This document shows, one piece after another, positions 21,932-33,315 of a stretch of DNA of 64,000 bases; the first letter of the stretch is position 1; each line of letters starts with the position of its first letter. Below the pieces are notes generated by a model. That model saw nothing but the letters and a program-made list of their open reading frames with translations, did not search any database and was not told where the DNA came from. Source of the stretch: an uncultured Planctomycetota bacterium (lineage in GTDB: Bacteria; Planctomycetota; Planctomycetia; Isosphaerales; Isosphaeraceae); contig CAWJTV010000011.1 in the NCBI GenBank assembly GCA_963845755.1, positions 96,001-160,000 on the forward strand, given 5' to 3'. The translations under genes were made by a program, and so were the position numbers.

Positions 21932-23411
21932 CTAACCACCTCCCGCCTGGTCGGACGAGGTCTCTTCCGATCCCGCCGCGATCGGCGCCGGCGACTTGTC
22001 GAGTCGCACCGGGCCGCCGTCAGTGAGGATGGACAGCTTGCTACCGATGAGCACCTGGTCCGAGGTTTCGATCGGTACCCACTTTTCCTTGAGGAGCGCT
22101 TCCGTCTTGACGCGACGATTGGTGACCGCGATCCACTGGCCATCCGAGGGCCCCGTCTGGATCTCGGTACGAATCGCGCAGGCCTTCCACGTACCGCCAG
22201 ATGAAGGACTTGCCGCCGGCGAGGGTGAGGGCCGATTTCGGCAGCGCCGGACGGCGGGGCGCTGGACGTCAACCTCGCCGTAGGCATACATCCCCGGCAG
22301 GATCTGGCTGCCGGGATTGGGCAGGTCGATCTCGGCACGCATCGTACGGCTGTGGGTGTTGAGGGCCCAGGCGATGCGCGTCACGGTCGCCTGTAGCCAC
22401 TCGTCGCGATAGGCCCACACCTTGACGCGCGCCTCGGACCCGATATGGATGTAGTTGGCATCCCGCTCGGGGACGTCAACGTAGATCCGGACGATGTCCG
22501 TGCGATCGACCACGTAGATCGGTGCGGCCTGACGGCTGGGCGAGAGGTCGGGAGCCCGATCCATGGCCGTGGGGTCGCCGGAGGTCGGCAGGACGAAGTC
22601 CCAGGTGTTGGCATTGCGGGCTACGATGATGCCGTCATAAGGCGCCAGGAGCTTGAGGTAGCCTACCCACGCCTCGAGCCGCTTCGCCTCGCTCCGGGCC
22701 ACCGCCAGGTCGGCGCGGGCGACGGCGACGTTGACCTCGGCCCGCTCCAGTGTGGCATCGGCGGCCACGAGATCCGCCTGCGCCTTCAAGATCGCCGCCT
22801 TCGCGGCGTCCCGCGCGGCGATGTTCGACTTCCACTGATTGGTCGAACTCGAGGAGGATCTGGGGGTCAACCACGGTCCGATGGACCTCGCGGGTGAGCC
22901 GCTGGACCTGGATGTCCCAGCGTTCGACTTCGGATTCATACTTGCCGAGAATTGATTGCGTCTCTTCGAGGCGCGCCTTGGCCGCCTCGACCAGGGCTCG
23001 ATCGACTTCCACATCCTTCAGGGCAAACCGGACCCGCTCCGAATCCAGCTCGACCGTAGACTTCTTCGTCGTCAACATCTCGCGCAGCTCGGGCACGAAG
23101 AGGTCGGCGAGCACGTCGCCCTTCTGGACCTTGTCGCCGATATCCACGTTCCACTTCTCGATGAATGCGGACACCTTCGGGTAGATCGACGTGCGCTCGT
23201 AGCTCTGGACGAAGCTCGGCTGCCCGACCAGGCGGACGATCTTCCGGGGCCGGGGATGGATCATCTGGAGGGCCGGGGGCTCCAGGACGCTCGGCGCCGT
23301 CGGCTCTTCCTTGGAGCAGCCGTCCGCCGCGAGGGCGGCCAGGAGCCAGAGCCCGAGTCGGCTGCACCGAGCGGAACGAACCGTGATGTCAGGCCGAAAG
23401 GCGGTTTGCAA
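21932..23411 (-). CDS. RND efflux periplasmic adaptor (MFP) subunit, frameshifted
   Basis: IYPKVSAFIEKWNVDIGDKVQKGDVLA, LLAPYDGIIVARN, VRIYVDVPE, RTMRAEIDLPN, LPGMY. Confidence 0.85.
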
Positions 23412-23480
23412 CGCTCATCTCCCGTTGCAGGTGAGACGGACCGGGCTGGCCCGCCGTGGGAATCTCTGTCCGAGAACCCT

Positions 23481-23540
23481 GTAGGGTGGGTGAAACCCAC
23501 CAGGATCGGGGCGATTCTCGGTGGGTTTCACCCACCCTAC
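23481..23540. repeat. REP/REPIN-like inverted repeat (GTAGGGTGGGTGAAACCCACC...GGTGGGTTTCACCCACCCTAC)
   Basis: Perfect 21-nt inverted pair with GTAG head, intergenic, with outer gtccgagaac/gttctcggac arms. Confidence 0.85.
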
Positions 23541-23580
23541 AAAGGCCGGACGCCGTTCTCGGACCGTTTCGCAGTCCTTG

Positions 23581-26500
23581 TCAGGGGGCCTCCTCTTCTT
23601 CCGCCGCATTGTCACCACCCTTGTCTTCCTCCTCGCCGCCGTTGCCCTCACCGAAGGCCTCGGGATCGTAGTGCGCGCTTTCGGGATTGGCCGGGTAGAG
23701 GGAGGGCGAGCGGGGTTCCTGGCGGCCGATCACCAGCGCGAAGATCGAGGGGAGGACCAGCAAGGTGGCGAACGTGGACATCACGAGTCCCCCGATCACG
23801 GCGCGGCCGAGCGGGGCCTCCATCTGGCTGCCGCGCTCCAGGGCCAGCGCCATGGGCACCATGCCGACGGTCATCGCGCAGGCCGTCATCAGGATCGGCC
23901 GTAGCCGTTCGCTGGCACCCATGATGGCGGCCTCGGTCGAGCGCTTGCCCGCCTTCCAGTGTTCGTCCATGAACGTGACCATCATCACCGAGTTGGAGAC
24001 CGAGACGCCCAGGCACATGATCGAACCCATGAACGACTCGATGTTAACCGTGGTCTTGCTGAAGTAGAGGATGGTCACGATGCCGGCGAGCACGCCCGGC
24101 ACGGCCCCGATGGAGATCAGGGCCAGGCGCGGGGATTGGAAATAGGCCGTCAACAGGACGAGGATGACGAAGACAGAGACCGCCAATCCGATCCCCAGGG
24201 CCTCGAACATCTTGCTCATCGGCGGCAGCGATCCCATCTCCTCCAGGCGGACGCCGCGGGGCAGCTCCCCGACCTCGTCGCACGCCTGGCGGACCTGCTT
24301 GGCGGCCCGACCCAGGTCCTCACCCTCGACGTTGGCGATCACGGTCAGGTACGCGCTGCGACATGTCGCGGTCGTACTCGCCGGGCCGCACGCTCTCATG
24401 AACCTGGCCGTCCTTCAACACGTCGCGGACCATCAGGGGAACATAGGGGTTGACCGACTCCAGCGGCAACTCTTCGAGATCCGACGGCTTCTCCATCCGC
24501 AAGGCCGGCACCTGGATCTGCACCAGGTAGTCGAAGCCGGTCTTCTCGTCGATCCAGTAATTGAGATTGGTGAAACGGGTCGAGGCGGTCGCCATGACGA
24601 GTGCACGCTCGACGTGCTTGAGGGTGACGCCGACCAGGCCCGCCAGCTCGCGGTCGATGGTGACCTCGACCGTGGGGTAGTCGAGCGTTTGCTCGAAGCC
24701 GACATCGCGGAGGAAGGGATTGCGCCTCAGCGCGGCGGCCACCTTCTCGGCATGCGCACGGATGGCATCATAATCGGTGCCGACGAGGCGAACCGCGATC
24801 GGCTTCGAGGAGCCGAAGCTCATGACCTGACTCACGATGTCGCCCGGCTCGAAACCGAAGGTGCTCTTGTCCGCCTGTTTCTGCGCCTCGTCCTTGGACA
24901 ATCCGCCCGTCTCCAGCCGGTTCGCCAGCCAGGGGCCCACCCGCTCGGGGAGGACCTTCCGGAGCCGCTCGCGGAACTCGTCGAGCTTGATCTTGCTGTC
25001 CTCCTTCAACTTGACGCGCAGCCAGCCGTCGTCGGGCCCGCGCATGAACAGCACCATGTTGTCGATGCCGAAGTTCGGGGCGACCTGGCCGACGAAGCCC
25101 ATCGTGATCGAGACGTTGTCGGTCCCCGCCTCGTTCTCGACCTCCTGGAGGCATTTGATCCCCATCTCGCGGGTCAGCTCGTAGCTCGACCCCGCAGGCG
25201 GTCGGAACCGCAGCACGAATTCCCCCTGATCGATCTGCGGGAACAATTCGGTGCCGACCTCGAGACCCAGCACCCCCAGGATGAGGCCGCACGCGCCGAG
25301 ATAGATCATGACCACCCAGAAGCGATGCGCGACGAACGCTTGCACGGCCGTGCGATAAGCCCCGCTGACCCGGTCGAACAGTCCGGGCTTCTTCTCGCCC
25401 TGTTCCTTCTTGTGCTTGAGCAGGTAGACGCTCATGATCGGCACGAATGTGCTGGAGAGCAGGTACGAAAAGACCATGGCGAAGCCGACCGCCAGGGTCA
25501 GCGGCATGAACAACGACCGCAGCGGGTCTTCCATGATGAACGCCGGGATGAACACCGACAGGATGCAGAGCAAGGCCAGCAGCCGCGGCACGGCCGTCGC
25601 GTTGCTGGCGTTGAGTACCGCCGTGGCGATGTTCGAGGTTTCCTCCATCTGCACGTGGGTGTTCTCGATCGTCACGGTCGCCTCATCGACCAGGATGCCG
25701 ATGGCCAAAGCCATGCCGCCCAGCGACATGATGTTGATCGTGTTCTGCGTCACCCAGAGTCCGAACAGGGACCCCATCAGGGCGAGCGGGATGTTGCAGA
25801 CGACGACCATCACGCTCCGCAGGTCGCGGAGGAACAGGAGGATCATCAGCCCGGTCAGGCCCGCGCCGATCGCGCCCTCGGTGGCCACGCTCTCGACCGC
25901 ATGCACCACCGTGGGCGACTCGTCGAACTCGAAGGTGATCTTCACGTCGGGCGGGACGGCGGCGCGGAAGGTCTCCAGCGACTTGTTGACGTCGGCGACG
26001 ACGGTGAGCGTCGAGCCGGTGTCCTTCTTGATGATCGGCAGGTGGATCGCCTTCTGGCCGTTGACGAGGGCATAGCCGTAGGTGATGTCGGTGTCGTCCT
26101 GGATGGTCGCCACGTCGCGGAGGTAGACGTTCTGGCCCAGCCGGAGCGGGATGTCGCCCAGGCGCTGGATGTCGACCACCGTGGCGTTGTTGTGGACGAT
26201 CGGCATCGCGTCCTTGACGTAGATGTTCCCCGACGGGATGACGACGTTCCCGTTCTTGAGGGCCTCGACGACGTGCTGGGGGTTGAGGTTGTATTCGAGG
26301 AGCTTTCGGGGATCGACATTGACGATGATCGACCGCATGTTCGGGCCGAATGGGGAGATGGCGACCGTGCCGGGGACGTTCTTCTGCACGAGTGGCCGGA
26401 TGATGTTCTGCGCCAGGTCGCCCATCGCCCCGATCGAAGTCTTGTCGCCCTCGCTGGTGAAGACGAGGTAGCCGATCGGGACGCTGCCGGCGTCCATGCG

Positions 26501-26974
26501 CATGATCATCGGCGGCAAGGACCCCGGGGGCATCCACGCCATGGCCCGGTCGGACATCGCCACGACCTGGGCCATGGCCTGGCCCATCTCGGTGTCGTGG
26601 AAGAAGCCGAGCTCGCACAAGCCGACCTGCTGGATGTTCCGCGATTTGATGTCCTGGATGCCGTCGACGTACTGAAAGTACAGCTCGAGCTCGTTGACGA
26701 TGAATCCCTCGATCTGGTCGGGACTCATGCCGATGAAATCGAAGAAGACGTAGATCTTCGGGGTGTTCAGCGAGGGGAAGATGTCCACGCGCATCTTCCC
26801 GTAGGCCAGGATGCCCAGGCTGATCAGAGCCAAGACCAGCATCATGAGGGTGATGGGATGATCCATCGCCAGGACGGTGGGATTCGCGGATCCGGCTTTC
26901 TTCCTGGGTTCGGCGGCCACGAGTAGAACTCCTCGATGCGGCTGGCTCCAGTCGTTCGGCGAGGCGCCGCGCAC
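23581..26974 (-). CDS. RND efflux permease (AcrB/CusA family), frameshift near 24350
   Basis: VDIFPSLNTP, SLGGMALAIGILVDEATVTIEN, ERLRPILMT, PLGRAVIGGL. Confidence 0.9.
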
Positions 26975-27351
26975 ATTTGCGATCGGCCGGAACGGTGGGC
27001 CGATTCCATCGTCGGACGGCGGCCGCCGTCACGCCCCGGTCTCGCAGAGTGATCACTCCCGCGCCTCGCCAGGCATCAACCGACGAGACGACTCCCCGGC
27101 TCTCGTTCCTCGCGCTGCGCGATCAACCTTTTGCAAGCAATTCCTGCGCCAGATGCGTCCCGGTGAGCTTACCTTCCGAACGACTTCACCGGCCGGACGA
27201 GCCGGCCGTGGTCGACCCTCCAGTGAGCTTTGCGCCTTCCCAGCCCAGGTTTTTTGCCCTTATCACCGCGACCCTCGCCGACTACAGTGATCGGGGCGGA
27301 AGATTCCGATTCGGCGGATTGCGCCGATAGTCGGGGCGAATACCAGGGAGG

Positions 27352-30069
27352 ATGGCGAGGTCAGGACGCCTCGCGAAGGTTCGATGCAACGAGCCGGAGT
27401 GGGGTGCACTGCGATCGCCGATCCCGAGAGGGTCAGCCCTTGCGCTCTTGTCGGACGCGGTACGCGGCTGGTTCACAACCGCGTTTCCGGAGGGCCCAAC
27501 GCCGGCGCAGGCACTCGCCTGGCCGCCGATCACGGCGGGCGAGCATGTACTGCTGGTCTCGCCGACCGGGACGGGCAAGACGCTGGCCGCGTTCCTGGCG
27601 ATCCTCGACCGACTCTTCCGTGCGTGGGAGAGGGGAACGCTGGCGCGCGGACTGTGCTGCCTCTATGTCTCACCCTTGCGGAGCCTCAACTACGACATCG
27701 AGCGCAACCTGACCGATCCGCTGGCGGGGATCGGCCGGCGGCTCGAGCGGGAGATCAGCCCGGTCCGGGTTGGGGTGCGGACTGGCGACACGTCCGCCTA
27801 CGATCGCCGTAAGTTGCGGGACGATCCGCCGCATGTGTTGATCACGACGCCCGAGAGCCTGTCGTTGCTGTTGAGCCAGGAGAGTTGGCTGGCCCATTGG
27901 CGGACCGTCGAGCACGTGATTGTCGATGAAGTCCACGCACTGGCGCCGACGAAGCGGGGAGCCGATCTGGCCGTCTCGCTCGAGCGTGTGGCGGCGCTGG
28001 CCGTGCGCGACCCCTGCCGGGTCGGCCTGTCGGCGACCTGCCGGACGGACGAGGCGATCACCCACTTCCTGGTCGGCCCGTCGCGGACCTGTCGCGTCAT
28101 CGAGGCACCCCCTCCTGCTGGCACGCCGCCCATGGAGATCGCCGTCGAGAGCTTGATCAAGCCCGGTGAGGCTCCTCATCGCGGGCTTAGCTACCGACGG
28201 CTGCATCGACGCCTCCGACGGATCATCGGGTCGAACCGGACCACCGTCGTCTTTGCCAATACGCGAGCCTTTGCCGAGAAGATCACGCATGATCTGCGCC
28301 TCCAAGTGGGGCGATCCGCAAGCACCGACGAGGTCGTGCCGGTGCTCGCAGAGCACCCGACAGGAGATCCGGACGAATTGGTGATCGCTGCCCACCATTC
28401 GGCGCTCGATGCCCGGCGAAGGCGGGCGATCGAGTCGGGGCTGAAGTCGGGTGCGGTCCGGGCGGTGGTGACCAGCACCAGCCTGGAGCTCGGCGTGGAC
28501 ATCGGCACGGCGGACCTGACGGTCCAGGTCGGGTTGCCGGGCGCAGTGTCGCGTTGCGTGCAGCGGGTGGGCCGATCGGGCCATCGCCGGGGTGCCGGAT
28601 CGCGCGGGCTCTTGCTGGCAGCGACGCCCGGCGAGCTGGTCGGCGCCGCGATCACGGCGCGAGCCGCACTGGCGGGTCGGGTCGAGCCGATTCGGGGGGT
28701 CGCCGGTCCGCTGGATGTCGTCTGTCAGCAGCTCATCGGCATGGCCTGCGCGGGGGAGCAGTCGGTCGGCGCGGCGTTCGAGGTGATCCGTAAAGCCGGG
28801 CCGATGAGCGGGCTATCCCGGGCCGATTTTGACGCCTGCCTCGCCTTCCTGGCCGGCGAACTCGGGAGCCCGGCCGGTGCGTATGAGCCCGAGCCGGGCG
28901 CACCGCCACGATGGACATCACCGCGGATCTGGAAGCACGCCGGTCATTTCGGTACTCGCAACCGGCGCGTGACGCGATGGTTCCGCAGCAACGTCGGGAC
29001 GATCTGCTCGGAGGAGTCGGTGCGGGTGCTGGAGGGGGGGGTTGCCGTCGGGACACTGGAGGCATCGTACGCCGAGCGGCTGGCGGCCGGCGACCGCTTT
29101 GTCCTGGATGGCCGCGCGCTGGAAGTCCGTCGGATCGAGGGCGCGATCGTCCACGCGCGGCCGGCCGGCGGCGAGCCGAGCCTGCCGCGATGGACCAGCG
29201 ATCGCCAGTCGTTCTCGCCCGAGCTGGCACGCGAGCTGGCCGGCTTCCGTGCTGAGGCGGCTCGCCGGCTGGCCGAGGAAGGTGCGGAGACGCTCCGCCG
29301 CTGGCTGCTCGCGGAGCTCGGCCTGGCCCCCGAAGCCGCCAGCTTGGTGATCGAGCTGTTCGAGGCCCAGGAGCAATGGAGCGAGGTCCCCGGCGCCGAG
29401 GACTTGTTGGTCGAGGAGTCGCCGGCGCCGGAGGGCCCCGGACGGATCTACACGTTCCACGCGCCGTTGCATCGCGCGGCGTGCGAGGCGATGGGGCGCG
29501 CCATCGGCGCCCGGCTGGGTCGCCGGCTCGGCCGAGACCTCGTGCTGGGGATCGCCGACCTGGGCTGGTCCATCCGCCTACCCGATGACGAAGCAATCGC
29601 CCCGAGTGAGCTCTCGTCGCTGCTGGATCTCGATCACTTCGTAGAAGACGTGCTCGAGGGACTGGACCGTGGCGAACTGCTGGCGAGGCGGTTCCGCCAG
29701 GTCGCCACGACGGCGCTGATGATCCTGCGCAATCCGGAGCCGGGGCGCCGGGTGCGCGTCGGCGGGTTGCACTGGGCCAGTACCCGATTGTACCCGCTGG
29801 TGCGGGCTGCGTGCCCCGACCATCCCTTGCTCCGCCAGACACGCCGCGAAGTCCTCGAGGACGTCCTCGACGTGCCATCCGCCCGGCACTGGCTCGAAGC
29901 GCGGCCGACGGTGCGGTTCCGTCGCCTGCCGGGCCTCTCGCCGTTCGCCGCCGCCTGGATCGAGCCGGCCGCGGCCGATTCCCTTCGCTACGAGCCGCCC
30001 GACGCCGCACTGCGCCGCCTGCACGCGCGGCTACTCTCCGCCAGCGGGGCAGGGGATCGCGAACCATGA
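27352..30069 (+). CDS. lhr: Lhr-like ATP-dependent DEAD/DEAH-box helicase
   Basis: SPTGTGKT, YVSPLRSL, ITTPESL, VDEVH, GLSAT, AHHSAL, TSTSLELGVDIG, QRVGRSGH. Confidence 0.9.
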   Translation: MARSGRLAKVRCNEPEWGALRSPIPRGSALALLSDAVRGWFTTAFPEGPTPAQALAWPPITAGEHVLLVSPTGTGKTLAAFLAILDRLFRAWERGTLARGLCCLYVSPLRSLNYDIERNLTDPLAGIGRRLEREISPVRVGVRTGDTSAYDRRKLRDDPPHVLITTPESLSLLLSQESWLAHWRTVEHVIVDEVHALAPTKRGADLAVSLERVAALAVRDPCRVGLSATCRTDEAITHFLVGPSRTCRVIEAPPPAGTPPMEIAVESLIKPGEAPHRGLSYRRLHRRLRRIIGSNRTTVVFANTRAFAEKITHDLRLQVGRSASTDEVVPVLAEHPTGDPDELVIAAHHSALDARRRRAIESGLKSGAVRAVVTSTSLELGVDIGTADLTVQVGLPGAVSRCVQRVGRSGHRRGAGSRGLLLAATPGELVGAAITARAALAGRVEPIRGVAGPLDVVCQQLIGMACAGEQSVGAAFEVIRKAGPMSGLSRADFDACLAFLAGELGSPAGAYEPEPGAPPRWTSPRIWKHAGHFGTRNRRVTRWFRSNVGTICSEESVRVLEGGVAVGTLEASYAERLAAGDRFVLDGRALEVRRIEGAIVHARPAGGEPSLPRWTSDRQSFSPELARELAGFRAEAARRLAEEGAETLRRWLLAELGLAPEAASLVIELFEAQEQWSEVPGAEDLLVEESPAPEGPGRIYTFHAPLHRAACEAMGRAIGARLGRRLGRDLVLGIADLGWSIRLPDDEAIAPSELSSLLDLDHFVEDVLEGLDRGELLARRFRQVATTALMILRNPEPGRRVRVGGLHWASTRLYPLVRAACPDHPLLRQTRREVLEDVLDVPSARHWLEARPTVRFRRLPGLSPFAAAWIEPAAADSLRYEPPDAALRRLHARLLSASGAGDREP

Positions 30070-30770
30070 AAAGCCGGCACATCGCGATGAACCCGTCTCG
30101 CGAGGAACCGGGCCTCTTCCGATGGGGCTCGTGGCAGCTCGCACCGGAGGGGGCGGCGATCCATCGGGAGGAGCGAACAGCGGTGATCGCCGACGTGCAC
30201 CTCGGTTATGAATGGGCCCGGGGTTCGGCCGGAGATTGCGTCCCGGCTCACTCCTTGAGCGAGACCTTGATCGGGCTCGATCGCCTGCTGGCCCGCGCGC
30301 CGATCGCGCGGCTGGTCGTGGCCGGCGACCTGGTCGAGTCGCCGCGATTTTGCTCCCGGACCGCCGCCGATGTGCGGCGACTCCGCGACTGGCTCGATTC
30401 GTTGGGTGTGAGCCTCACGATCCTGGAGGGGAACCACGATCGGTCGCTTTCCCTGCCCACCACCTGCACGGTCAACGGCTGGACGATCGGCCACGGCCAT
30501 CGGCCGTTGCCCGGAGATCGAACGATTTCAGGGCATTTGCACCCGGTCGTCCGGGTTGCTGGAAATGGCGCGCGGTGCTTCCTGGCCGGTCCGGACCGGA
30601 TTATACTGCCCGCGTTCTCACTCAACGCCGCCGGTCTCGACGTCGTCACGGCGCGCGTTCCCGCCGAGTGGCTGGAAGTCCCGATGTGCTGCATCGCCAG
30701 TACCGGCGATGATCTGCTCGACCTGGGTCCTCTGCCCATGCTCCGCCGCTATCGACATCTTGTCGTCTGA
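30066..30770 (+). CDS. Metallophosphoesterase (PdeM/ICC-like, Lhr-associated)
   Basis: ADVHLG, VAGDLV, EGNHD, GHGH, GHLHP, LPAFS; ATGA overlap with the helicase stop. Confidence 0.85.
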   Translation: MKSRHIAMNPSREEPGLFRWGSWQLAPEGAAIHREERTAVIADVHLGYEWARGSAGDCVPAHSLSETLIGLDRLLARAPIARLVVAGDLVESPRFCSRTAADVRRLRDWLDSLGVSLTILEGNHDRSLSLPTTCTVNGWTIGHGHRPLPGDRTISGHLHPVVRVAGNGARCFLAGPDRIILPAFSLNAAGLDVVTARVPAEWLEVPMCCIASTGDDLLDLGPLPMLRRYRHLVV

Positions 30771-30795
30771 GCGGCGACGCAGGTCGGAGCAACGC

Positions 30796-32235
30796 TCAGG
30801 CCAGGATCGAGTGGACCACCTTGCCGAAGGTATCGGTCAAGCGATCCTCGCGGCCGTTGTGGGGGAATGTCAGTCGGGTGTGGTCGAGGCCCAGCAGGTG
30901 AAGGATCGTGGCGTGGAGGTCGTGGACGTGCACGGGGTCGACCTCGGCGCGGAGGCCGATCGCGTCGGTGGCGCCATGGATCGTCCCTCCCTTGATGCCG
31001 GCGCCGGCCAGCCAGACGGTGAAGCCGTGTGGGTTATGATCGCGGCCTCGGCCGCTCTCGGACATGGGCATCCGGCCGAACTCGCCGCCCCAGATCACGA
31101 GAGTCTCCTCGAGCAGTCCCCGGCGCCTCAGGTCTTTCAACAACCCCGCGATCGGCAGGTCGGTCCGGGCGCACATCCGCGCGTGGTTGGCCTCGACATC
31201 GTCGTGAGCGTCCCAGCCGTTGACATCCCCCGAGTAAAGCTGGATGAACCGGACGTCCCGCTCGACCAACCGGCGGGCCAGCAGGCATCGGGTGCCGAAC
31301 TCGACCGTCTCCGGGCGGTCGAGGCCATAGAGAGTCTTCGTCTCCTCGCTCTCGCTGGCCAGGTCGACGGCGTCGGGCGCGGCCGATTGCATCCGGTACG
31401 CCAGCTCGTACGCCTGGATGCGGGCGGATAGCTCGGTGTCGTCGCCCCGCTCGGCGAGATGGCGGGCGTTCAGCTTGCCGATCAGGTCGAGCGTGCGGCG
31501 CTGGGCGACATCGGACATCCCATCCGGAGGCTCGAGGTCCAGGATCGGCCGCGAGCCCGACCGCATGACCGTACCCTGATGACTCGCCGGTAAGAAGCCC
31601 GCGCCATAGGCAGGCGGACCGCCCTTGATCCCGCCGGCCGGGTCGGGCAATACGACGAAAGCGGGCAAGTCCTGGTTCTCCGTCCCGAGACCGTAGCCGA
31701 CCCAGCTCCCCAGGCTCGGCTTACCCATCAGGACCGAACCTGTGTTCATCTGATAGACCGCTTGCGGATGGTTGACACTGTCGGCCCGGCACGACCGGAT
31801 GACCGCAAGCTCGTCGGAGCACTCGGCGATGTGGGGAAGGAAGTCGGAGACGGGCAGCCCGCTCCGGCCCGCGGGGCGGAAGATTCGCTTGGTGCCCAGG
31901 AGGGGGTTCGCCGCGACCTGCCGGCGGGTGGCCACGCGGCCGAAGCTCGGCGGCAGGGGTCGCCCGGCCAGGCGCTGGAGATCGGGCTTGGGATCGAACG
32001 TCTCGAGGTGACTGGGCCCCCCGTGCATGAAAAGGTAGATGATCCGCGTCGCCTTCGCCGGGAAGTGCGGAGGCCGCGGCGCCATCGGGCTGCGCGGGGC
32101 CGCGGCGCGTGCCGGCTCCTGTTCCAGCAGCCAGGCGGCGGCAATCGCTCCGAAGCCGCCTCCCGTCTGGCGGAGGAATGACCTCCGCGTCCCGACGGGC
32201 TCTGCCAGCCTCGATTCCTTCAAAGAATCGGACAT
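30796..32235 (-). CDS. DUF1501 domain protein (Tat-exported)
   Basis: TRRSFL, IYLFMHGGPSHLETFDPKP, CLLARRLVER, WGGEFGRMP, GRDHN, HVHDLHATILHLLG. Confidence 0.9.
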   Translation of the reverse strand: MSDSLKESRLAEPVGTRRSFLRQTGGGFGAIAAAWLLEQEPARAAAPRSPMAPRPPHFPAKATRIIYLFMHGGPSHLETFDPKPDLQRLAGRPLPPSFGRVATRRQVAANPLLGTKRIFRPAGRSGLPVSDFLPHIAECSDELAVIRSCRADSVNHPQAVYQMNTGSVLMGKPSLGSWVGYGLGTENQDLPAFVVLPDPAGGIKGGPPAYGAGFLPASHQGTVMRSGSRPILDLEPPDGMSDVAQRRTLDLIGKLNARHLAERGDDTELSARIQAYELAYRMQSAAPDAVDLASESEETKTLYGLDRPETVEFGTRCLLARRLVERDVRFIQLYSGDVNGWDAHDDVEANHARMCARTDLPIAGLLKDLRRRGLLEETLVIWGGEFGRMPMSESGRGRDHNPHGFTVWLAGAGIKGGTIHGATDAIGLRAEVDPVHVHDLHATILHLLGLDHTRLTFPHNGREDRLTDTFGKVVHSILA

Positions 32236-32437
32236 TTCCAAGACCCTCGCTGAAGACGGGCCAATCGGGAAGCGTAGCTTTCCCGCCTCATCCTCATGAT
32301 AATCGGAGATTGGCTCTCCATCCACCACATAGGACCGAGTTCCGTCGCCCACGACCGTCTCGTGAATCGGAATCCTGTGAGTCAGACGGGACACCGGCTG
32401 CTTGAACCCTTCGCTTTATCGACCGGAGGTACCGACC

Positions 32438-33076
32438 ATGTCCGATCCGATTTCACGCCGCGCGTTCAGCTCCGCGACCGCGGGGTTGGCCCTCGGCTCT
32501 GCGACCCACCTCGCGTCGGCCGATGACGCGCCGAAAGGCCAGCCACCCGTGACCCCCAGCCATCCTACGGAGGCCCCCTTCGAGCGGACTTATTCGCCGC
32601 CGGGATTCAAACCGTCGTGGAAGAAGCCACAGCTCAACCGCCTGCTCGTGCAGGACTTCGTCATCTTCGCCCACTCCGATCTTGACATGGTGAAGAAGTT
32701 GCTGGACCTGGAGCCCACCCTACTCAACGCGACGATGGACTGGGGTCACGGAGACTGGGAAACCGGCCTTGGCGGGGCCTCTCACATGGGGCGGCACGAC
32801 ATCGTCGAGTTCTTGCTCGATCGCGGGGCGCACATTGATATTTTCTGCGCGGCGATGATGGGCCAGCTCGATGCTGTCAAGTCGTTCCTCACCCTCCAGC
32901 CCAAGCTGATCGACGCGAAAGGCCCGCATGGTTTCACCCTCCACTTCCATGCCCAGGTTGGCGGCGAAATCGCTGAACCTGTGCTGGCGTACCTTCAGTC
33001 GATCAAGCGGCTGGAATTGAAGCCGGTCCCTTTCCTGAAGAAGTCGTCCGGCGCCGCAGCCAAGCCGTCAAGGTGA
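32438..33076 (+). CDS. Tat-signal ankyrin-repeat-like protein
   Basis: SRRAF signal; GDWETGLGGASHMGRHDIVEFLLDRGA; GGAGG RBS. Confidence 0.7.
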   Translation: MSDPISRRAFSSATAGLALGSATHLASADDAPKGQPPVTPSHPTEAPFERTYSPPGFKPSWKKPQLNRLLVQDFVIFAHSDLDMVKKLLDLEPTLLNATMDWGHGDWETGLGGASHMGRHDIVEFLLDRGAHIDIFCAAMMGQLDAVKSFLTLQPKLIDAKGPHGFTLHFHAQVGGEIAEPVLAYLQSIKRLELKPVPFLKKSSGAAAKPSR

Positions 33077-33315
33077 GAGGACTGCCGGTTTCGAGAATCC
33101 TCCGCAATCGAGAATCTCGAATCCGGTCAAGTCCGGCGTAGGAAACGCCGATGGTAAAAGATGAGTGGGAATCTCGCGCGGCGGGCCGCCCGCCATGTGT
33201 ACGAGTCGGGTTCCGGGGTTGACAGTCGAGTCAGTTCGATTAAAGTCGCCCGCAGTTCATCTCAGTTCCCGATCGCGGCCCGTCCGTGCGTTTGTCATCG
33301 ACCACGAAATCCGCC

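Noticed and set aside
24164..26926. Long antisense ORFs (e.g. 920 aa opposite the RND gene, 530 aa opposite TolC, 439 aa opposite the capsid)
   Set aside because: Typical shadow ORFs of high-GC codon bias with no domain motifs.
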